Source: Minisyncoccota bacterium (GTDB taxonomy: Bacteria; Patescibacteriota; Microgenomatia; UBA1400; UBA12028). Taken from it: a stretch of 64,000 bases of DNA. Below the pieces are notes generated by a model. It saw nothing but the letters and a program-made list of their open reading frames with translations, did no database searches and was not told the DNA's origin. The stretch is taken from assembly GCA_003487265.1 (NCBI GenBank), contig DNEP01000001.1, positions 24,572 to 88,571 of the forward strand, written 5' to 3'. Made by a program: the position numbers and the translations under genes. Positions 1 through 8,939 of the stretch are shown one piece after another (positions within the stretch are counted from its first letter, which is position 1; the number at the start of each line of letters is the position of its first letter).

Positions 1-1270
1 AAGACCCTGGCTGTCGAAGTCCATTTACCGCAACGTTGAACTGTCCGTCGTAGTCTTTTGCAAAATAATCCTTACTTCCCACCATGGCTAAGATTTCACC
101 AGAGGATGGCTCCATCACCACCACCGATCCATTTGTAATGTTGTATTTCTCAACTTTTGCGATTTCTTCTGCAACGGTTTGTTGCGCAATGTCCTGGAAG
201 GGCAGGTCGAGCGATGTGGTTACGGTAAACCCACCGCGTTCAACAATTTCTGGCTCGTACATTTGTTCGAGTTGATCTTTTACATAAAAAACGAAGTGTG
301 GCGCACGAATCGCAACGCCCGTTTTGTTAAACTGCACATTCGGAAGCTCGGCAAGCGCCTGTGATTCAAGTTCCTCAGAAATATATCCATCTTCTTTCAT
401 TCTTCGCAACACTCCGCGCGTTCGCATCTGCCAAAGAGGAGTTCCTTCTTCATCAACTTTTCCACCATAGGGGCTGTACGCACTGGGACGTTGGGGAAGT
501 CCCGCCAGAATCGCAGACTCTAATAGGGTGAGGTCTTCTACACGTTTGTTAAAGTAGACTTCCGCCGCAGCACCGACCCCCATCGAGTTTGAGCCGTACG
601 GAACTTCATTCAAATACATCTGCAAAATTTGATCCTTGGTGAACTTGCGTTCAATCTGAATCGAAAGAAGCATTTGTTTGAACTTGCGCGTCAAGGAATA
701 TTCATTTGTAAGCACCGCGGTTTTCACGAGTTGTTGTGTAAGCGTTGATCCACCAATCAACTTTCCTCTCGTGACCAAGGTCCAAACCATGCGGAACGGC
801 GTAAGCGGATCGATTCCGGTATGTTTGTAAAAATCTTTATCCTCGATTGCAACGGTCGCTTGTTTGAGATAGTCAGGAACCTGTTCTATTTTCACCGGTG
901 TACGGCGAGATTCGTCATACAGGTCGTAGAGCAAGGTTCCATTGCGATCCACGATTTTTGTTGAAAAACCCGATCGGCGCACAATCGCGTTGGGATCGGG
1001 GAGATCTTTGGCAACCCACGCGAGCGCGATGAAAAAAATCACCACGGTTGCAATGGTGCCAAATAAAAACACCAAGGCGGTTAAACGCAAAAATGTGATC
1101 CAGTTCCACGACTTTCTCAGATGAGAAAAAGAGAATTTTCCACGAAAAAAAAGAAAACTAAAGGGATTTGATAACGAAAACCCCCGGAACCGCACGCGGG
1201 GAAGTCGAAACGATTGCATGGCATTCTTCATCGATCGTTTCATCATAAAAAGTGGCGAGCGTCTAGACAT
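1..1270 (-). CDS. Class A penicillin-binding protein (PBP1A family), 3'-truncated by window edge
   Basis: Translated by hand from ATG 1270: N-terminal TM helix, GT51 motifs AIEDKDFYKHTGID, GGSTLTQQLVK, RKFKQ, ILQMYLNEVPYG, GLPQRP; ends RQPGS (start of the transpeptidase SxxK) at the edge. Not in the ORF track because it has no stop in the window. Confidence 0.93.
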   Translation of the reverse strand, partial: MSRRSPLFMMKRSMKNAMQSFRLPRVRFRGFSLSNPFSFLFFRGKFSFSHLRKSWNWITFLRLTALVFLFGTIATVVIFFIALAWVAKDLPDPNAIVRRSGFSTKIVDRNGTLLYDLYDESRRTPVKIEQVPDYLKQATVAIEDKDFYKHTGIDPLTPFRMVWTLVTRGKLIGGSTLTQQLVKTAVLTNEYSLTRKFKQMLLSIQIERKFTKDQILQMYLNEVPYGSNSMGVGAAAEVYFNKRVEDLTLLESAILAGLPQRPSAYSPYGGKVDEEGTPLWQMRTRGVLRRMKEDGYISEELESQALAELPNVQFNKTGVAIRAPHFVFYVKDQLEQMYEPEIVERGGFTVTTSLDLPFQDIAQQTVAEEIAKVEKYNITNGSVVVMEPSSGEILAMVGSKDYFAKDYDGQFNVAVNGLRQPGS

Positions 1271-1378
1271 AATTCGTTGTTGTATCCTCCATCGAGAAAT
1301 CTCCCACCAAAGAGAAGACATGGAAAGAGTATAACAGAAGATGTGATAAGAGGGAATTCAACGGTTTCCAACAAAACA

Positions 1379-4300
1379 TTAGACGTTCGTTTCAGTCGAC
1401 GCGCGAATTCGCGCTATTTCTTTTTTCATATCTTGAAAAACATATGAATTACGAATGATGTAGATCAACTCGACGGGAATCTTCAATTTCAAATCGGTTA
1501 TTTCCTGAAACAGCGTGATGAGTAATGAAACTTGATCTGGTTTTTTCATTATTCGTTGAACAAAATCTTCCATCCCAACCCGAATCAGCACTCTGTTTGC
1601 TATTCTGGATTTAAGTGAAGTCGATGATACGTGAGGATTTGATTGCACGATCATCTCAATCATGTACTTCAATTCTTGTTCGCCAACAGTACCAGTCATT
1701 AATGTTTGATGTAATTCGCAATCTTGTTTTGACAAGTGAAGATATAAATCGCGATCAAGGATTGCCGTTTGTTCGGCAACATAAAAGTTTCCCTCGTGTG
1801 GATCGGAGTGATATATCACACACTCCTCTCCTTCTCGAACCACTTTATGTTTTTCAAAATCCAATTGATATTGCATAAATGATGTAATTTCCTCAAGACG
1901 ATCTGCAACAATCGCATCTTCTCCGTTTTGTATTCGTGTATTCAATGTGGAGCCTGAAAAATCTTGCGATGCGTGATATTCCGATTTCAACAAAGGTGAA
2001 TAAAAATCAATTTTTGGCACATACAGTGTTCCCTGTGGATTTTCTTGACGATATTGTTCAACAACATGCGTATACGATGTGTCATCCTCAAGAAAGTTCG
2101 AATCATATATTGTTCTCACCACGGTTTCATATGATATTTGATTGAGCATTTTGATGATCCCTAGCTCTCGTTTCCATTTTCTTTTTGACTGCTGTTCTGT
2201 AGCTTGCGTGGCAACCTCTATCGCATGTTTTGTTTCGGTTGTTATCCATTCTGCATTCGAGTTTACGAAACGAAGAACCAGTTTTGTTCCATCCATTTTT
2301 TTCGCGTTCCATACCGAGTGGATACTTCCAGCGGTAATCACATCAGAAATCTCGATTGATCGAAGATATGTATCAAGTTGTACCCTCGATTCGCGCATTT
2401 CTGGTGTATCAGTGTCTTTTGCTAAACACATGTTGTACGCATTTTCCCAAATTTGCGCCTTCACCATGCTGCGATTTTTATCCATCGAATCACGCCACTG
2501 TTTTCTATCCTCTGGTGAGAATTTCCAAAACAAGGTTGAAAATTGCGCCATACGAACAACACCCGCTCCTGCCATCTGAAGAACATCAAGTAAAGAACGA
2601 ATTTGAGATTCGTGTTTTTTTTCTTCAGTTTGCAAATACCGTTCCGATAATTTCTCTAAAATCGCCCTTCTCACACGACCAACTCGTTGCGTCGCCTCAA
2701 AAAGGTTCGATGTTGAAGATATTTTTTTATACATCGTTTTCTGTTCAGTAATATTATCTGTTCTCGAAGAAAGAATCGATTTAAAAGACTCACGTGTCCC
2801 AATGTTTTTGAACAGAGATAGGGTAACATCATCAAACTCATTCGGTGCCCCTTTTTTCTTTTCTATTGCATGAACAAAATAGTCGTAATCAACTAAAGAA
2901 GCATCATATGTTTGAAACAGTTTTTCCTTTAGAGATTGTGCAAGTGGAAATGCGAGCAGCGCTCGATCTGTATGACGTAAAATGTTTTGAAGAAACGTCA
3001 TTCCCAATTGATCCAGATTAAATAAGGAAGAGAAAATGTGAAGAATCTCATTTTTACTCAAATCTAAAATGCCGCCCTTTTCAGAAAACGATCGCAATAA
3101 AATGTAAAAACGCTCAATCGGACCTAATAGATGCAAACGTTCAATACTGTCCGCGAAACTCATAAAAAGATTTTCAAATATTGGTGCCATGACGAACTTT
3201 TTCGTTTCTGGATTATAGCGAAGATACGCATTACTTAATCGTAATTTATTTGAAACGGATTCTGTGTGAACCAGCATAAAAAACCATCGAGCGGCATTTT
3301 GTGTATTCAACCGAATCTTGTCATCAGTCGAGATTGAGCTCACCAACTCGTACGCATGGTCAATTACATGTGAAGCGAAATAATCAGCAGTCGCAACGAT
3401 CGAAGTTTTCATCGATCCATTCATTTTCTGATCCACTGCTTGACCAACATGTTTCCGCAAAAATAGATACTCATCGTAATGCTGAATTTGATCACAGAGA
3501 TATACATATCCCTCATATCCAATGGCGTCTTGTTTTACAGTATAAAAAAGTATCTTTTCACGCAATGAATCAGTTGATATCTTTAATAAATGCAGATACA
3601 TCCGTTGAATAATAAATTCAATTCTCCCCGATGCTGAGTATGGAAAGGCATTCTCCAATATACGAATTTGGTTTAAGATCAACGCTGGGTTGTCTGTGGA
3701 ATCAAATGCGTGTTCGATGTTTTTCATAAGATCGGAATATTCGAGAATCTCCATCAACTCACTTCCGAAAATCTTTTTCGACATCTTTTTCGAATAAGGC
3801 GACACCTTTCCAGATCCAAAGATTTGAAAAATAAATTGATGAAGTTGTTTCTCTTCTGAGATTCCATTATCCCTACTCAACAATACCTGAATCGGTCGTA
3901 GATTTGAAAAATCGGAATAATCCTTTTGATCTCTGTCGTACCACCCAAATACTGTTTTCGATTGAGGAAAAGAAAATTGAGTAAAATTGGTGGATAATAA
4001 TCCGACGTCATAGATTCGCATTGTACTGTCAAGAATGTTCGTTAAAAGATATAAAATGAATTCAGACGACATTGACTCCCACTCGATGTCTGCACTATTT
4101 ATTGTTTCCTCTAAGATAAGTCGGTACTCATCCGCATCTTCATTTTTTGAAAAAAGCGCACGAATAACGAATATTTTTTGTGCTAACTGAAGATATTTTG
4201 ATGAAACTTCAAGATTTGAAAACAACTCCTCAATAAACTCTTCATTCTTCGCAGAAGAAAACGGATACGTATGATATTTTTGAAAATAGTCTCGAAGAGA

Positions 4301-6355
4301 ATCACTTGAGTAGGGAGGATTAGAAAAATATCCAATAGGAAAAGAAAAGTTTTCTTGAAATTTTGCTGGCAAGTGATGAATGAATTCGATATTATAGGGC
4401 GCACGCACTATCATCGTGTCCATTTGTGCAAGCACCGATCGGACATGATCATTGATCCATGAGAGAAGATCTTGCTTCGTTGACATCTGGGGAGGGAATC
4501 TCATTTCAGATGAGAAAAGATATTCTGTTCGTTTTTGGATCTCTTCATACTGTTCAACTGATAGGACTCCCCCTTTCTGCTCTGCTGCAACCTGCAAATC
4601 AGAAAGTAAGGTAAATGACCACTCTTCAGCGACGTCTGTAAATAATTTTTTTGATGTTTCTGGCTCATCTAAACCGTTTGCGTCTATCCATGAAATGACC
4701 ATACTCGAAAAAGGATTTGAATAAAAAGAAAGGTTTTTTCGAATCGATGTCCAAGGCATCCGTTGTAACACGAGAGGATAGGTGAGAAGAAGATCTAGTG
4801 TTTCTTGAATATATTTCCTGTGTAAATCTGGAAAATACGAAAATTCAAGTCGTGATGGAAAAAACACGTTCATAAAAAGCATTTCGATTTCGTCATTCAC
4901 CCTATTTAATGTAAATGTTGGTTCTAAAGATTTTTCACTAGGTATTTGAGTTTCCAAATGAAAAAGTGCTTGCAACAACTCACATACTGTTTGTGAAGAA
5001 AGTCTTGCGTTTTGATCTCGAGAAAGAAGTATCCGCGAAGACGAAATGATCTGTAAAAAATCGGGTTTTCCCTGATTCGTTTTGTATATCTCGTTTCTTC
5101 TCTGAAAATAATCATTGGTTGGCTGGAAAATATCGGACATCTTGTTCAAATAGAACGCCCAATCTTGTCCAGTCATTTGATACAACATGCGCAATTCTTC
5201 AACGTGTCCTCGAACATAAGAACCGCCATAATCGTAAGAGTCTTTTTCCACCTCTTTTTCGAAAAACACGGTGTAGAATCGTTCATCATTTGTCATTTTT
5301 CCACGTGTTCGAGATAGCAACAACCGATAATACTCAACAACAACGCGTTCACACTGTTTTTTTTCTTGTTTCTGCTTTTCCGTTCCCGCCCACCATCTTT
5401 TCTCTCGGATTGTTTCTATTACGTCATATAAATCGCTCGGATGGAGTGTCTGCATCATTTCTATCGCTTCATCCGTTTTAAAATTACGCAACAACCAAGT
5501 GACATACTCTTTTTGTGTAGGCACCAGTGGTTCGGAAAATTCTTCTGAAATGCCGATTGTTTTCTTCATACTCGTTTCAGAATGAAGGACAAAATGTTGT
5601 CCAACCGTTTCCGTTGCGCGCATATCTGCCGTTTGATGTGAAAAATCGCGAGAACGAAGGGACACGTTTTGTAACAGGTAGGATTGACTGTCTTTAATAA
5701 ACTGTTCAAGTTTTCGAATTGCAGAAGCAAATGCAAGTGAGTTGTATCCAGCATTCTCAAGTCGATTTTTAACCAATACGTCTGCTGCAAACTCGTGAAT
5801 CCACTCGTATCCTACATTCGCCACTCCAAAAACGTTTCGCGCAAAGACATCAAGCGATAAATGATTTAATTCGTGTGCTAACACCGACGCAAACTCATCT
5901 TCAGAATGCAGTACGTGAAATAGTGAACTCGAGATCACAAGCGTCCTATCAGACATAACAAGCGCGTTGGGAATAACTCCGCGTTCCAACACAAACACGC
6001 GGACATTTTGCAATTTTGGATCATTTCCGGCAAGTTTATGAACAATATTTTCGAGCCATGTGACGCGTGAGGAATCTTGCTCAATACCATGCACCGCATC
6101 TAGTCGACCATAGACATCTGCATGTTGGCCATTGCTACAGGTGAACTGTTCCCCCCCTTCATACTCGTTTTCCCAATTGTTCCCATACATTCGCATCATG
6201 CGCTGATGCCTTTGAAAAAAAAGAAGATCGTTTTTTTCTTGATGATGTTGAACAGCAGGATGCGCGCCTTCTTTAGATGGAAACCCCTGAAGCCCTATCG
6301 CTGATTGTTCAAAAAACGCAGTTGTCATTGCATTCAGTATATCCAAGTTCGCCAC
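1379..6355 (-). CDS. Giant protein: N-terminal M48 Zn-metallopeptidase plus C-terminal ABC1/UbiB(AarF)-like atypical kinase
   Basis: PNALVMSDRTLVISSSL...SEDEFASVLAHELNH...HEFAAD...AGY (M48 pattern); ITAGSIHSVWNAKKMDGTKLVLR and YHSDPHEGNF (ABC1 kinase pattern); AT-rich. Confidence 0.8.
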   Translation of the reverse strand: MANLDILNAMTTAFFEQSAIGLQGFPSKEGAHPAVQHHQEKNDLLFFQRHQRMMRMYGNNWENEYEGGEQFTCSNGQHADVYGRLDAVHGIEQDSSRVTWLENIVHKLAGNDPKLQNVRVFVLERGVIPNALVMSDRTLVISSSLFHVLHSEDEFASVLAHELNHLSLDVFARNVFGVANVGYEWIHEFAADVLVKNRLENAGYNSLAFASAIRKLEQFIKDSQSYLLQNVSLRSRDFSHQTADMRATETVGQHFVLHSETSMKKTIGISEEFSEPLVPTQKEYVTWLLRNFKTDEAIEMMQTLHPSDLYDVIETIREKRWWAGTEKQKQEKKQCERVVVEYYRLLLSRTRGKMTNDERFYTVFFEKEVEKDSYDYGGSYVRGHVEELRMLYQMTGQDWAFYLNKMSDIFQPTNDYFQRRNEIYKTNQGKPDFLQIISSSRILLSRDQNARLSSQTVCELLQALFHLETQIPSEKSLEPTFTLNRVNDEIEMLFMNVFFPSRLEFSYFPDLHRKYIQETLDLLLTYPLVLQRMPWTSIRKNLSFYSNPFSSMVISWIDANGLDEPETSKKLFTDVAEEWSFTLLSDLQVAAEQKGGVLSVEQYEEIQKRTEYLFSSEMRFPPQMSTKQDLLSWINDHVRSVLAQMDTMIVRAPYNIEFIHHLPAKFQENFSFPIGYFSNPPYSSDSLRDYFQKYHTYPFSSAKNEEFIEELFSNLEVSSKYLQLAQKIFVIRALFSKNEDADEYRLILEETINSADIEWESMSSEFILYLLTNILDSTMRIYDVGLLSTNFTQFSFPQSKTVFGWYDRDQKDYSDFSNLRPIQVLLSRDNGISEEKQLHQFIFQIFGSGKVSPYSKKMSKKIFGSELMEILEYSDLMKNIEHAFDSTDNPALILNQIRILENAFPYSASGRIEFIIQRMYLHLLKISTDSLREKILFYTVKQDAIGYEGYVYLCDQIQHYDEYLFLRKHVGQAVDQKMNGSMKTSIVATADYFASHVIDHAYELVSSISTDDKIRLNTQNAARWFFMLVHTESVSNKLRLSNAYLRYNPETKKFVMAPIFENLFMSFADSIERLHLLGPIERFYILLRSFSEKGGILDLSKNEILHIFSSLFNLDQLGMTFLQNILRHTDRALLAFPLAQSLKEKLFQTYDASLVDYDYFVHAIEKKKGAPNEFDDVTLSLFKNIGTRESFKSILSSRTDNITEQKTMYKKISSTSNLFEATQRVGRVRRAILEKLSERYLQTEEKKHESQIRSLLDVLQMAGAGVVRMAQFSTLFWKFSPEDRKQWRDSMDKNRSMVKAQIWENAYNMCLAKDTDTPEMRESRVQLDTYLRSIEISDVITAGSIHSVWNAKKMDGTKLVLRFVNSNAEWITTETKHAIEVATQATEQQSKRKWKRELGIIKMLNQISYETVVRTIYDSNFLEDDTSYTHVVEQYRQENPQGTLYVPKIDFYSPLLKSEYHASQDFSGSTLNTRIQNGEDAIVADRLEEITSFMQYQLDFEKHKVVREGEECVIYHSDPHEGNFYVAEQTAILDRDLYLHLSKQDCELHQTLMTGTVGEQELKYMIEMIVQSNPHVSSTSLKSRIANRVLIRVGMEDFVQRIMKKPDQVSLLITLFQEITDLKLKIPVELIYIIRNSYVFQDMKKEIARIRASTETNV

Positions 6356-6427
6356 TGAAAAATAGAAGAAAGTTGAGGTACAATAGTGATGTAAACTTCA
6401 TTATCACAATCACAAATAAAGGATCGC

Positions 6428-7597
6428 ATGCACACATCACATTCCGTTCTCACCCGAGGCGTTGAAACGGTTTTACCGTCGGTCGATGGGCTTCAAAAAC
6501 TCATGGATGCAAAAAAGATTCGACTGTATTTGGGAATTGACCCGACGGGGAATCAACTGCATTTAGGTCACGCGGTTGTGTTGCGCAAACTCCAACAGTT
6601 TGTGGAGTTGGGACATGAGGTTATTTTGTTGATCGGGAATGGGACGGTGAAGATTGGCGATCCGACGGGGAAGGATAAAACACGCCCAATGCTCACCGAC
6701 GAGGAAATTGATCAGAACTTTGCAACATGGAAAGAGCAAGCTTCAAAAATCTTGGATTTTTCGCGCATCACAATCAAAAAAAATGGAGATTGGCTCGATC
6801 CGTTGCGTTTTGCGGACTTAGTGAAACTTATGGCAACGACAACGGTCCAACAACTCCTCGAGCGTGACATGTTTCAGGAGCGCATGAAAAACAATCTGCC
6901 TATTTTTGCTCATGAGTTGATCTATCCCTTAATGCAAGGTTTTGATTCTGTCGCGATGGATGTTGATCTTGAAATTGGTGGAAACGATCAACTGTTTAAC
7001 ATGATGGTTGGTCGTCAGTTGCAGAAACAACTGAACAATCGAGAAAAATTTGTGATGAGTGTTCCGCTGTTGGTCGGAAGTGATGGGCGCAAGATGGGAA
7101 AAAGTCTGAATAATTTTATTTCGCTCACCGCGACAGCCGAGGATATGTACGGAAAGTTGATGAGCGTTGTGGACGAGGTGGTGCCGGTGTATTTTGAGTT
7201 GTTGACTGATACTCCTCTGGAAATGATTGAGAAAAGAAAACAACAGGTAGCGGAGGGTGAGCTTCATCCCATGGACTTTAAAAAAGAAATGGCATTTGCG
7301 GTAACGAATTCGATACACGGATCGGATGCGACACATGTTGCTCAAGAAGCGTTTGAGCGCACAATACAGCACAAAGAACTTCCTTCCAATCTTCCAGTTT
7401 TACACGTTGAGGAAAGTGCAACCGTGTTGAGCGCGGTGATTGCTTCTGGGTCGTGCGCGAGTACCGGAGAGGCTCGCCGACTCATCGAGCAGGGTGGAGT
7501 AGAGGTTGATGGAGTGAAGGTGCTTGATGGATTAACGAAACTTTCCATTCCATGCGTATTGAAGGTGGGGAAACGAAATTATTTCCGGGTGGAGTGA
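6428..7597 (+). CDS. tyrS: Tyrosine--tRNA ligase
   Basis: LYLGIDPTG, HLGH, IGDPTGK, YPLMQGFD, GGNDQ, KMGKS, C-terminal S4-like domain. Confidence 0.97.
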   Translation: MHTSHSVLTRGVETVLPSVDGLQKLMDAKKIRLYLGIDPTGNQLHLGHAVVLRKLQQFVELGHEVILLIGNGTVKIGDPTGKDKTRPMLTDEEIDQNFATWKEQASKILDFSRITIKKNGDWLDPLRFADLVKLMATTTVQQLLERDMFQERMKNNLPIFAHELIYPLMQGFDSVAMDVDLEIGGNDQLFNMMVGRQLQKQLNNREKFVMSVPLLVGSDGRKMGKSLNNFISLTATAEDMYGKLMSVVDEVVPVYFELLTDTPLEMIEKRKQQVAEGELHPMDFKKEMAFAVTNSIHGSDATHVAQEAFERTIQHKELPSNLPVLHVEESATVLSAVIASGSCASTGEARRLIEQGGVEVDGVKVLDGLTKLSIPCVLKVGKRNYFRVE

Positions 7598-8769
7598 TGA
7601 AACGAGAAGATTCTCAGTTTGATTCGGCCTATCAAGAGATTGTAGAAAAATTACGTCCCGCCCTTCCCGAAAAAGTTCTGCTCAAAAAACCTAATGAGGC
7701 TTTCAAAATTGCCTTAAAATTATTTTCACATGTGAACTACACTGTCTACAAACGTATTTTAACCCATGATTTTGGTAATTGGGGGGAAAGCAGCTTTTTC
7801 CCAACAACTGAATTGTACGAAAGATTTTGTTGGCGACGGCCTACGAACGTAGAACTACCAGATTGGAAAAAATGGATACGTTTAGGAGAAATAGGAAAAG
7901 AAGCATTAACCTTAGTCGGGAAAAGATTCGATTTGCCACCAATTGAAACAAGGGATGGTCCAATAGAATGGTTTGCTCACATCACAACAGGTATTTGGGA
8001 AGGAATAATTGAAATTCAATTCGTTATCAAAAAACCAAAATTTTTCACAGAGGATGTTTTTTCCCAAAAAGATGTTTCTAATGAATCCATTTCAGATCGA
8101 ATCTCAGAAAATATCCCCATCTGGACTACGCGATTGAATCCTGCCGGAGATCGAGCAACACCAACGATGCTTATTTCGGCAATACAGAGAATCACATCTG
8201 AGCTGAATACTACACCTATCAATAAGATGAAGAATGCTGACAAATACTTGAAATCTTTTCAAAATGGTTCAGATAAAACACCCCAATCGACATTAAAGGA
8301 TTTTTTTAAATACGTGATCGAGACTCATTTCACTCGAGAATCTAACCGATATGTTCTACCAAATATATATTTCCTCACAGAGTATCTTTTTAAAGCAATT
8401 CCTGGAAATTTTGCAATCGACCGCATCGAACGAAAACTTTCTTCGAAAATCGAGAACTGCATTCTTACGCTGAGTATACAAATATTACAATCGTTGGGTT
8501 ACAAATCTATACGGTTTATTGATGAACAACAGCAACAATCAATTCAACATCACAGATCGGCCGATAAGATACAGGAATCATTTTCATATAATGAGCTTGG
8601 TTCACTTTTCTTTACTCCAGACGGAAATCCAAACTATCCAAGGCATCCATTCAATCACTCTCATCAAGGAACATCGCTTGGTCTTACGGAACAAGCAAGA
8701 AAATCACTATCACCCGAGCTCATCCAATATTTAATGTCTGTTGACATAAAACTACAAAATTCTACATAA
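7597..8769 (+). CDS. Hypothetical protein (weak VirK/YbjX-like resemblance)
   Basis: Long AT-rich ORF; ATG overlaps the tyrS stop (TGATG). Confidence 0.7.
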   Translation: MKREDSQFDSAYQEIVEKLRPALPEKVLLKKPNEAFKIALKLFSHVNYTVYKRILTHDFGNWGESSFFPTTELYERFCWRRPTNVELPDWKKWIRLGEIGKEALTLVGKRFDLPPIETRDGPIEWFAHITTGIWEGIIEIQFVIKKPKFFTEDVFSQKDVSNESISDRISENIPIWTTRLNPAGDRATPTMLISAIQRITSELNTTPINKMKNADKYLKSFQNGSDKTPQSTLKDFFKYVIETHFTRESNRYVLPNIYFLTEYLFKAIPGNFAIDRIERKLSSKIENCILTLSIQILQSLGYKSIRFIDEQQQQSIQHHRSADKIQESFSYNELGSLFFTPDGNPNYPRHPFNHSHQGTSLGLTEQARKSLSPELIQYLMSVDIKLQNST

Positions 8770-8798
8770 TAGAAGATAAGCTACGGAGTAAAAAGTAT

Positions 8799-8900
8799 AT
8801 GTTTTCCAAACGCGCACAAAAAATCTTTCGCATCATTTTCATCTTCATCGCGCTCGCGATGATCTTGGGAACCGTTTCACAAGCCGTGTTGTTTTTTTAA
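8799..8900 (+). CDS. Small single-pass membrane protein, 33 aa
   Basis: MFSKRAQKIFRIIFIFIALAMILGTVSQAVLFF; GGAG upstream; basic N-terminus plus hydrophobic helix; below ORF-track cutoff. Confidence 0.6.
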   Translation: MFSKRAQKIFRIIFIFIALAMILGTVSQAVLFF

Positions 8901-8939
8901 TACTCCCACAGATGTGTTTTCGGGTACTACAATACGCAT

